Shown here: positions 1 to 12,380 of the stretch, in pieces
How the letters are laid out: each line of letters begins with the position of its first letter
How positions within the stretch are numbered: the stretch's first letter is position 1
Assembly (NCBI RefSeq): GCF_009914755.1
Contig: NC_060939.1
Direction: 5' to 3' (one strand)
Length of the DNA stretch: 64,000 nt
From: the human T2T-CHM13v2.0 reference genome, Homo sapiens
Notes under the pieces: generated by a model
The model's input: the letters and a program-made list of their open reading frames with translations, nothing else
Databases searched by the model: none
Told to the model about the DNA's origin: nothing
Program-made: the position numbers and the translations under genes

Positions 1-725
1 AGGAGTAAGAAAGATCACGACTCCTTTTTTTTTAATTTTAAGAAAGCGGGCTCGAGCTTTCTCAGGTTAAACCCCATATAGCAATAAGTATATGAGCAGC
101 TGTTCGCACAAAATGCCTCTAAAACAAGTGCCTTCCCCTCTGTGTTCCTTTTGCATGCTACTTTGATATTTTTGTAGGATGGTTTATCCAAAGCAATGTT
201 GCGTAGTACAACTCTTTGGAGAAGTAATTTATGTAATACATTTTAACCAGGGGCATTTTTGATTATTGATTTATAATTATATCATAGTCTTACTAGGTTT
301 TTCAGTCCCAGTTATTAAGAATCACTTTTAGAAATAAATAGTACACAATTTTTGGTCAAATTGCATCACATTTTAAGGTTCTTTGATACAGAAAATATCC
401 TGCCCTTTATAGTATTTATATTACTTTCTATTTTTAATATAGGCATCTAGAGATTTTTTGTCATTTGACTTAGTGCAAATGGAAAATATAGTTCAGAGCT
501 CATTTACCTTTGGAAAAAAGCTACCAATAGAAAAATGTCATAAGCCTGATGTTGTATACATTGGGATTCTATCTAAGAGAATACCGTAATTGTTATTTTA
601 AGGAGAGCTGGAAACTGCCTTTGTCCTATAAAGTAAGATTTGTTTAGCACATTTTATACTAGGGTCCCTCTGAAGGGAATTCAGAGGCAAGAGCAAAGGA
701 ATAAAATGTGTTTATGGTAGGATTT

Positions 726-1031
<306 letters not shown>

Positions 1032-2377
1032 TATGGTAGGATTTTAAAATGGGAAGCTGAAATAAAACAGAGGTATTGGGCGGCCATCCCAGATGTTGAC
1101 CTAAGATGGAGAGAGTCTGGAAGTTCAGGTGTGTAGAGCAATCCAGAGGACGCAAATCTTTCACTTCTTCCTTTGTGCCTCCCTCCACCTCCAATTTCTA
1201 CCCCTCTCCAACCCAAAGAACAACTTTGGAACTTTGTTTTGCCTTCATTTTGCTCACTTTGGGTATTTAAAAATGTTTTTCCTCTCTACCTTTATGAATC
1301 CAGGTATTTTTAAACAAATAAGTTGATCCTATCATAAAAACGGTAATGGCGATGTCACAGGGAGGTGATTTAGGATATTTAATTTTCTAAATTATGCCGC
1401 TGGCCCTGGTTTTGTAATTTACGCTAGACCCTTCAAAAGATGATTTCCTATTTTATACCAGCCCAATTATTACTAATGATGGGCTTCTTTATAAAATGGA
1501 AAGACTAATAACCCTTTGAACTATTATGTAATTCCATTGTAGTTCATTAGTATGAATACCTGGTAGTTTTTTGTGCATCCCCTAAAGGGTTTGTAATTCT
1601 TTAAATTTTGCTCTTTTGTGAGATGTCTTCCAGTTTTCCCTGTTATGATCCCGTGCACAGGGAAGTAGTTTTCTAACAGGGGAGGAATTTTCTAAGATGC
1701 CTAGTAAATGGTGTGCACATTTGTATTGATTTTTCTTCTTTCATTCTCTTTATTCTCTTTCTCTGCCTTCTCTTCTTCTGCCACTGCCCTTCTCTTCCCT
1801 TGGCCCTTTAATCTCTGGGATAGTGTATTGTTGAATACATACAGCATTAATAGATGCTCAGTAAATACTTTTAGGCGATCTGTTGACAAAAAAATAAGTA
1901 CTTCTCTTTCAGTCATAATCTTCTACTCTTAAAATGCCATTTCTGAAAAAAATAGCTCCTTAGACTGTCTTAGAAATGACAGTACTTACCATAAGCAGTC
2001 CTTATTATGCCTAAAATTTAGCTCACTTTTCACTCAGCAATACTGGTACATGGCAAGAGAAGTTCATACCTGTACACTCGTGGAGAAACAGTGTAGTGAT
2101 ATCCCTCACTTCATCTCTGCACATCTTTTTATACAGGTAAAAGCCCTCACATCTCTGCCTGATTCAAGTCAGGCAGGGATTTCCAGAATGTGATTTCTAC
2201 CAGTTTGCTCAGGACTGTTTCCCACTAATGGGTTTCCAGTTGCTTCTTTACTGTTAAACTGTCATCTAGTTTTCTTACTGTCCTGACACCAGGAAGGTGG
2301 AGACTCCAGCTTCCAAAGAGGGGCCCTCTACTTTTTTGGTAACCAGAAGCAAACATCCTTACACATATTTAAAAATG

Positions 2378-2595
2378 TATTTACCTGGTACTTAGTATGT
2401 GCTTGGCACTATTGTAAGCACTTTTCCAAAATTAACTTGTTTAATGCTTGTAAAGCGTTTGAGGTGAGTGTGATTATTATGAGAACACAGGCAGGAAGCT
2501 AAGGAGCCCAAGATCACAGAGACTGCAAGTGGTGGTGGGGCCAGGAGCCAAATCCAGGCAGCCTGGCTCCAGAGTTGATGCTTTTAACCACTGTG
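2378..2595. mobile_element. MIR SINE fragment
   Basis: MIR-like tatgtgcttggcactattgtaagcac ... cccaagatcacag ... aaatccaggcagcctggctccagag. Confidence 0.6.
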
Positions 2596-3199
2596 ATATG
2601 CCTCCATCATTAAAGGAAATTCTGCAGACAGGAGGTACACATGGTCAAGAAACCTTTAAAAGGTCAGATTCTCCCAACAACACACATTTAAAGGAAAAGA
2701 AAAATTAGTCTAGAGCATTTCAACATATTGACTAGAGCATTTCAACAAATTTAGGCCTCAGAATGTGCATTTTTCCCTGGGAAGGGCTTATGCAGAGATA
2801 AATAACTTGTGAGGATGGTAGCCTTTCTGTCAGTGCTTCCCTTGAATTGAAGTTGTTGGCTCATTTTTGCCCTCTTGCATCTTATCATAGACAGTGAAGA
2901 AAAGCCAGTGATACTTAACGGTATTCTGCCTGAGGAATCTACTTAAGTAGATCATTAGGTCATTAGGACATTTCCTATTTACCACATTACCACATGTGAC
3001 AGTGTTGACAGACTTTGCACTATTACATACATACAAGGCTTCCCCGTCTTCCAGCTTCTAGTAACAGTCAAAAAACTTTTTCATACAGCCCCAACCAACA
3101 GGCTTCTTAAAGCCCTTCTGGCTTCCTTGTAACACTCACCTCCAAGCCCTCCCACTGCCTGGTACCAAGGGCAAAGCCCCACTTTCAGTCCCAGAGTCT

Positions 3200-3995
<796 letters not shown>

Positions 3996-4059
3996 TCACA
4001 AAACAAATCCATATCAGCAGATCCCCCATTCCATAACCTTTTGTCTCAGTCCCTTCTTC

Positions 4060-4374
<315 letters not shown>

Positions 4375-4453
4375 AGCCCCTTCTTTTTTTTACCTTAGCT
4401 AAGCAAATTCTAGTAATTTAGTTTTTACCACTATTTTGGATGATACGTTTTCA

Positions 4454-4849
<396 letters not shown>

Positions 4850-5111
4850 TTAAAAAGAGCCCGTCATCTATTAGGAAAATCAAATTCTTTAAAGAAAGAA
4901 GATTCACATGTAATTCACATTCCAGTTTGCATTTGCAGATCAAATACTGTAAGCATTTACTGAAAAATGACAATGATAATTTATTCTTTTCCTAAAGTAG
5001 CCCATGAATAGTGTTGAAAAATAATTCAAAACAGGCTTGGAAATGATTTGCTGTTGACCTGAGTGTGTTTTGCAGCACGTTGACTGTTTTATACTTTAAG
5101 GACAAGCCTAT

Positions 5112-5395
5112 TAAGCATTCATTCAACTCATATTCGCCGAGTACCGTGTCAGCAGTTGGGTTTACATTGGCAAATGGGGCCAGACATGGTCCTCCCCTCA
5201 TGGAGCATGTCATATAGTGAGGAAGATGGGCATTAATTAACACGTAATCACCAAATAAATGTGAACTCACAACCTTATTAAATGTTATAAAGGAGAGGAA
5301 CTCTGGGAGTATCTGATGGTGAATCCTGACATAGTCTCCTGTGATGAAGTGCTATTTTGGCAGAGATCTGAAAGGTGGAGGAGACATAATCTTCC
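5112..5395 (-). mobile_element. L2 LINE 3' fragment
   Basis: cattcattcaac... terminal repeat and cctcatggagc motif typical of L2 3' ends. Confidence 0.55.
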
Positions 5396-5685
5396 CAAGA
5401 GGCACATGAGTGTGTGTGTGTCACATCCCTGTACAGATCCATGTACAGACATCTGTGGATACACATACTCCTAGTTTACAGACATTTCCAAGAAAGCTGT
5501 CACTTCTGCTGCCATTCTGTTAAGAGACCACATAGCAAGTAACCTCTCGAAAAGCGTATGTTCATACAGGCCTTACAGAGCAGAGGTCTAAGTCAGCCTT
5601 TGTCATTTATGAAGAAGTACTTCCTTTTGAATAACGGTGATCACTGTAAGCAAGTACAATGGATATGAGGGATAAAGTACAAGAA

Positions 5686-7841
5686 TAGTTTTCCAAGTAT
5701 GGTCTAGTGGGCCCTGGAGTCCCCAAGACCCTTTTAGGGTAACTGTGAGGTCAAAATGATTTCTTCCCTTTTTTTCTTTTTTAAATAGAGAATGCAAGCC
5801 ACAGTTTCTGTTTTATAAACACGAACTTTTGTATTATAAATACAAAATAAGAAAAGACAGTGATATGTTAGGTGTTATGAAGGGTGAAAACTTTATATAA
5901 ACTTCAAAAGGCTGCTTTCTGCATCTGCATCAATGTAATTTCATGATTCTCTACCAATTTTCATTTATAGAAAGAATCTCTATAATCAAATTATCATTCG
6001 AGTTCATGCCCCCCGGAATATCTGTAGGAATACAGTTTATTATCTGCTCCTCCACTCGGAAGGAGCCCTGTGTCTGTCTAGTCTGCTCTCAGAACTTTCT
6101 CTTCATGAGCAGCCACATCATAGAGAGGAGCCTTACAACTTCTTGAATCCCACAGCTTGACGGTGTTATATAAGGATCCTGAAATCTGCTGTGGTTCATG
6201 GGTAGGAGACCGTTTTACTGATGTCTCCCAACCTGTATGTGAGGTTAGGGACGGCAACACGAAAGAACCATCTTTAGTTTGGGGATCCCACAGTCTGATA
6301 TGCCTATCTGTGCTTCCAGATGCTAAACATTTACAAAGTGGAGAATAGGAAATACAATTAAACACTTTATTTCCTGTAAAGTTGACTTAAGATTGCCAAA
6401 CGCGACATCCCACACGCTAATTTCATGGTCCCAAGATACGCTGCAGATTTCTTCAGCATCTGACCACAGCACTGAGGAGATTGCTTCCTTGTGGCCAGAG
6501 AAGGTCACTATGGGAGTCCTTGTTAGTCCCAACTGCTCTGTTTTCTGTTTCTTTCTTGGTCAGTTTGTGGATTCCTCCATTTCATCTTCTTCTGTAGGGA
6601 CAGTAGACCAGATCCTTAGCATCTTATCTCAGGAGCCACTGCAAAATTTAGTTCCTGAGCTATCAATAGCTGTGGAATCTACACTTGGGCAGCAGCATAG
6701 GGTTTTCACTTTGTTTCTCTGGACATTCCACTCCCATAAGAGAATAGTCTGATCCATAGAGCCACTCAATAGTAACACAAACTGTCTTTTGTCACCCAGG
6801 CCACATCTGTTAACAATATCCATGTGTCCCACAATTGTCAATGTTGACTTTCCTTCCAAGGACCAGATTCGAGAAGTCTCATCATAAGAACCAGTCAAGA
6901 TCCATACCTCTGTCCCTTGAATTGAACTGGTCCACTCATCAAGGACACTTCATTCTGGTTGGGGTGCGGTGTACTTCTCCGCGTATTCTCTTTCCACAAC
7001 TTCTTTTAAGGAGGTGTTCTCCCGTTCCATGTGTTTGACCAAGGGCATTCACAGAAACTGACCCTTAATAAGGAAATCAAACTCCACATATTTGTGGAAC
7101 TCATTTCTGCCCTTTAGTAATTAATTGATGATGTTACTAAGGTCAACACTTTAAGAGACAGCAGGGATTGAGAAGGCAACATCATTGATGGCCTATTTCT
7201 TGTGATCAGTGTAGAAGCTTGTTTGCAGCTGAGCCATGTCAGGGAGTGTACACGACTTGCCCACAGTTATGGGTTAGTAGGCTGAGAACGGGAGCTCCTG
7301 TCTCTTAGGACTACAAAGAGACAGCTCAAAATTACACTGCACAGGTAAGCGAGAAGTTGCGGTGTAATCCCGGACTCTGTTTTCTCTCCATGGGTCTCCT
7401 CCTGATTTTCATAATAACACTGAGACATGATTTGCCTTTCTCTCATTCCTTTTATCATGAGTGTCAGTTTTTTCCAGAGACGAGGTGGTGTGATTGATGT
7501 GACTTATCTCAACAGATTGAATTCAGAAGCATATATGAAAATTCAGCTATCATCTATTAAACCATACATTAAAAGCTTTGCAAAAATGTGAAAGAATGAC
7601 GTTCTTCTTGTTAAATTTTTTTTTGGTTTTGGAAAATATAGTTACTTTTCATAATGATGTGTTATTTATGTTAACATGTAATGGTTTATTAGAATGAATT
7701 TAAAAGTATTTCTAAAATGTCTGTTTTAACTTATAATATGGCATTTACTATAGAGATAGCCCACATAAAAGTTTCTGGGGGTTCGCAATAATTTTTTAAA
7801 GTGTAAAGGAGTTTTGAAACCAAAAAGTTTGAGAATGACTG
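5686..7841. mobile_element. hAT-Charlie (Charlie4a-like) non-autonomous DNA transposon fossil split by the WDR12 retrocopy (halves ~5686-5763 and ~7403-7841)
   Basis: Left half ...gtccccaagaccctttt...gaggtcaaaatgatttc continues after the pseudogene as tgattttcataataacactgagacatgatttgcc... and ends with a Charlie-type terminus aaaagtttgagaatgactg. Confidence 0.65.
5764..7402 (-). pseudogene. Processed (retro)pseudogene of WDR12 (PeBoW-complex WD40 ribosome biogenesis factor), antisense within the ASB7 intron
   Basis: Minus strand from ATG at 7237 reads MAQLQTSFYTDHKK* (stop at codon 15). Later fragments [29 protein letters not shown] and [27 protein letters not shown] match WDR12. Parental stop equivalent at 6004-6006. 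Intronless, with several stops, frameshifts and small deletions, 3'UTR 5784-6003, decayed poly(A) (T-rich 5764-5782), probable 5'UTR to ~7402, and short TSD tgattt(t)c at 5757-5763 / 7403-7410. Confidence 0.92.
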
Positions 7842-7849
7842 AAAAATGG

Positions 7850-8015
7850 CATTCAACTTGACTTTAAGCATGTTACTTAATCTCTCTGAGACTCTATAAA
7901 ATGGGGATGATGATCAAAGTACTTCCCTCGTAAAAGGATGAAAGGAGTTAATACATGTCATGAGCTCTTAACAATACATGGCGCAGAGTAAGTATTCAAT
8001 ATATATTAGCTTTAT
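7850..8015. mobile_element. MIR fragment
   Basis: ttacttaatctctctgag...taaaatggggatgatgat...agtaagtattcaatatatattagc. Confidence 0.6.
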
Positions 8016-8649
8016 TATCATGTTTAATATGAAAGCAAAACTTCCTTGACTCCAAACACTACTGAAGCACAGTTGAAGAATTCTTCCTTGTTTTTGGAGC
8101 CATCTGTATTGTTTTTGTAAAACAAAATATTCCAAAGGGAAAGAAATAGGATTTTGTGATTTTTCTTTTGAATTGAGATATAACGGGTTTTTATTGGCAA
8201 GTGATCAGGGTGTGGAAGCTTGAAGCGATGTAGATTCAGAATACCTTGAGGCGCTTTTTCACACCCCCTTCTGCTGCACTCCTCAACTGTCAGCCTTACA
8301 ACCAAGGTTCTGCTGTGTTCAGAATCACGGAAAACAGGTGAGCAGATCTGGAAAGCTTGTTTGGAAAGCTCCACAGAGACCGTGGTGGGTGTCCGGGCTC
8401 CAGTGTCCTAGACCCAGAGCTGAAAGGGAGGCTCACAATAGGGGACATCTCTTTCAGTCCCCACACTTTTCAGATTGAGAAGCCAAGGCTCAGAGGAATG
8501 ATTGGCTCACAGTGGCTCACCCAGCGTGAGAGAGACCTAGTCAGGACGAGAACCAGAATTTTCCTGATTTATAACAGAAAGGATATGAGGCTTAGAATCA
8601 AAACTGTTTTTGGTCTCAGTTGAAAGCCTTAATTGGTTGTCTGATATTA

Positions 8650-8775
8650 AGCAACTTGTTTACATCTGATACTCAGTTTTCTTATTGGTAAAATGGAGTT
8701 GAAAATATCCACCATCCCAGGGTTGTGAAAAGGATCAAATAAGGCATCGCATGAAGGTCCTAGGACACTTTGAGT
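8650..8775. mobile_element. MIR fragment
   Basis: ctcagttttcttattggtaaaatggag...agggttgtgaaaaggatcaaataag. Confidence 0.5.
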
Positions 8776-8907
8776 TGGTATCTTTCCGGTCCTTTGCATG
8801 TCAAGTCCATAGAGAGAACTTCCAGGGAAATGAACAGTTCTTTTCAAAAGTGCCTTAAATATTGTGCTTTGTGGCTTTGTAACATTTTCTTTTTTCTGTC
8901 TTTTTAG

Positions 8908-9047
8908 GACAGCCCAGAAACTTGCAGGACCTGTGCCGAATTAAAATTCGACAATGTATAGGCCTTCAAAACCTAAAGCTACTTGATGAACTACCAATTG
9001 CCAAGGTCATGAAAGACTACTTAAAACACAAATTTGATGATATCTGA
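8908..9047 (+). CDS. ASB7: Terminal coding exon of ankyrin repeat and SOCS box protein 7 (SOCS box; partial CDS, upstream exons outside window)
   Basis: Strong acceptor ttttcttttttctgtctttttAG (AG 8906-8907). Phase-1 exon reads (x)GA-QPRNLQDLCRIKIRQCIGLQNLKLLDELPIAKVMKDYLKHKFDDI-TGA (stop 9045-9047). It has a BC-box-like LQDLCR..IR and a cullin-box-like LDELPIAKVMKDYL, and matches my recollection of the ASB7 C-terminus. Absent from the ORF track because it is short and starts at a splice junction. Confidence 0.93.
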
Positions 9048-12000
9048 TATGCCAGAACTGTGAGCAAGATTAGGAGTTCTATTCTAGATACTTAAAAGGC
9101 TTTTTGCCTTGCACAAAGTATATCCTATGCAATTTCTGATTTGCTGTGAAATCAGAAAGCAGGTATACACTTTTGGGTTTTCTGTTTGTTTGGTTGGTTT
9201 TCATTGTAGGGGAGGGATTTTTTATATATATATAAAAACACACACCACATGCTTGAAGGTCTTAATTTGGTTTCTTGGTCCAAGTTTAAGAGGTCCAAGC
9301 TTTGTATACAATACTGCATTTAGAAAAATTGTCTTTTCTTAAATGACACAAGCAGGTTTAGAGTGGAGAATTTACCCTTTCCAAATTTATGGTTCCTTGG
9401 TAAGCACGGTATTCTAAACCAGCAGAGCACTTGTTAACGTTTGGAGGCACAGTTTCACCCAGGGCGACCCTGGGTTCTTTTGGAAAATGCCCTAAGAAAT
9501 GTTTGAAGTAACGCTGTCACCTCATTCATTTTTAATGAGTACAAACTGGCCGTTTCAAACTGTTCTTTTTCCTAATTAATGTAGCTTTCGGATGACATAA
9601 ATCCAGTATCTCTGCTTATGACATAAATCCAGTACCTCTGCTTTTCTTTTGCTGTGCTCTTGTTTTTAACTTATTTTTTTTTTAACAACTGTAGTACACT
9701 ACCCTGAGACACTGCATCTCGATTTCTATCTCTAGTTAGAGTTGTACTTTTAAAAAAATTAACGGGAAAGAAAATAACTTTGTGAAGCCAGTGTATTCTG
9801 TTTTTAAAACTGTGCCTGCAGTGCAATACTCCTTCTGGTGTATTTTATCCATTATTTCACTTGCTGGTCGTCATTTCACAGCCAGCTTTGACATGCCCGT
9901 GAGGACAGGAGCCGCCGCTTCAGTTGTCACTGCAGAGCCATCGTATGTCAGTTGCAATTTCCATCTGAAGCTATGTCTTTGACTTCACTTTAAGCAGAAA
10001 ATTTTGTACCCTGGTGGTCGAGTCTTCCCTTAAAAATTGTTAAATCATTTGGCTTTAATGGTTCAATAATTTGGGGTGGCTTCATGGTGTTTCTTTTCTT
10101 CCCAGTTTAAAAAAAAAACTTTTTAAGCGTAAAATCTTTAAGGGGTACACATTTATAAGTCTGGCTAATTTCTAATATGCTAATTAAACATTTCCCATTT
10201 TAAGGTTATATACAGTGAGGCTCTTCAGGACAATTATTTTCTGGGTTGATTGGGCATATGTTTGCCGTGTAAACATGGATATGATAAAGTGTCAGTAACA
10301 ATGGAAAAGGTCCCAGAGGCATTAGGCATCTAAGAGGATGCCCTCAGAAACGTATTCTGGCTTGATTTGTGTTATTAACTTCAGAAGAACCTTTTCAAAT
10401 GTCCCAGTATCGTTCTTAGTGCTTTGGGAAAAAATATTTAACACACTGTTAATAAATTTGTTATCAGAAGTTTACAAGACGAAGGGCTTCTCTCGTCTGA
10501 ATTTCTAGATTTAAGTCATGAAGTGTAAAACTGTTTCACCCAGAAGTGTAACTAAGCAGAACTAGGAGTTTTCTCTGGCTTCACCTTTTTCAGAGCCAGC
10601 AGTGCTGTTTTCTCAAGCACAGCGTTTGCTCTTAGACTCTGATCTGCTTGTGCCTAAGCATTGCACAGGTTTCCGAAGACGGGCAGCTTCAGAGAAGAGG
10701 ATTATTCGGGAGATTGCTGGTGTGGCCCATAGACTCTTTGGCATAGACTCTTTCGCAGGCAGCCACTCTGAGTGTGGCCAGTTCTATAACCATCCCCAAA
10801 CTAGCTGGAGCCTGATGGATAGGAACGGGTAGTCTGTCCTCTTCCCCATAAAAATGTTCCAAAAAGTTATCTCCAGAGAGAGTCCCTTATGAAGACAGTT
10901 GCCAAGCTGTATTCTCATTCTTTAAACCAATACCCAGGTCAGGGCTAGTTCACACTAGCACTGTTAGGGACATGGTGTGGCTAGAAATGAATTGAGTGTG
11001 ACTTCTCCCTACAACCCCAGGCCCAGGGATAGGAGGAGGCAGAGGGGTGCCTGGAGTTTCTGCACTCTCATCAGTGATGTTCATGTTACACTTGCACAAG
11101 GGCTGATTTCCACGTATGTGTGTGTTAATTTATTCACTTAGTTTCAAAAGATTTTCTCTCCCCAGCCATTCAGAGGTTTCCAAACTAAGCCACTGAGTTT
11201 GAGTCAGGGAATTCCACGTAAAAAGATCAGATTAAGGTAAATTCTTTGTTCTGTATTGCTGCTGTGACTTCAGAAAAAAAAAATTATGAGAGCTCTTCCT
11301 GGAATTTTGAAATTTCTATTTAATGAAGAAGTGTATAATTCCATTATTTATTGTTTGAGGTTTGATTTATCTGGAAGCTTAAAAAGAATGTTTTATTTTT
11401 GTTGTTAATAAAATCCCAATCACATTTCACAATAACTAAAATGTCTCCAGGTGGGTTACTGGTAGATGATAGTGGTGACACCTGCAGGTCTGCATTTGAA
11501 TTGGATTCACAGAGAAGCATTCCATGGTCACATAATGAATAGGGAGAACAGATATTTTCAGAAAAATCAACCGATTGTTTTTTCCAGAAACAGAACAGAA
11601 AATGTTCAGAATATTTTCAAATTTGTCAGATTCTTTTATGTTTCCTTTGAAATTTATTATTTAAGCCTATTACTAAACCTTTATAAAAATATATTTGGCA
11701 AATACACCAAAGAAACCAGCTTACAAAAGATTATGATCATTAATGAACTGCAAACCTCATCTTTCGAAAACAAGGTTTTGTGTTTTTTTTTTTTTGTAAA
11801 TATTTGTGTTTATAAATGTACAGCAGAGTAAGAGTGTTTTTTAGATTATTTAATTCCCATATTTCTAAACTATTTACTACACAGTAATCCATGCCTGTTA
11901 GTTTGGAGGACTTGACTGTCTCATTTTTTAATTCATTGTCAGTCATGCTTGGAACAGCATTTCCACTAGAGAATCCAGCGTTCTGGCAGTAGCAAGAGTA

Positions 12001-12380
12001 CACATCTGGAGCATGAGGGACTCTAGCATGACTCGTCAGATGCACACCCCAAGAGACAAGAATGTGTAGTTTAATGACCGGCGTGGACCATACGAAATTG
12101 AGATTCTAACTTTCCTGCAGGAGTGCTCATGAGCCCAGAATGTGATTGGGATAAGGCCATTTGCCCACAAATTTAGCTTTCATGTAACTCCTAGTGTGTT
12201 ATATCATAATGTATTTTGTTCTTCCTTTTTAATGTAAGTTTTGCTTTGGGTCAATTTGAATTAAAAAAATCAAATCTGATTTAAAACATGTTGGAGTTGT
12301 ATTTTATTTCCAGTCTACCTTAAGTTTTTAATATGTCCAGCTATTTGGTGAAAATAAATAAAACTCTATCCTTCCTTCAT
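9048..12380 (+). other. ASB7: Long 3'UTR of ASB7 (end approximate)
   Basis: AT/U-rich, no Alu/L1 recognised over ~3.3 kb after the stop. Ends at overlapping AATAAA hexamers (12353-12362) followed by a CA (~12377) and a downstream GU-rich tract (ggagttgttt). Confidence 0.7.
12353..12362 (+). terminator. Distal polyadenylation signal (overlapping AATAAATAAA)
   Basis: aaAATAAATAAAactc with upstream U-rich sequence and downstream GU-rich element. Confidence 0.65.

Noticed and set aside
6004-7237. WD40 ORF fragments as a functional WDR12 retrogene
   Set aside because: Stop at codon 15, further stops, frameshifts and deletions.
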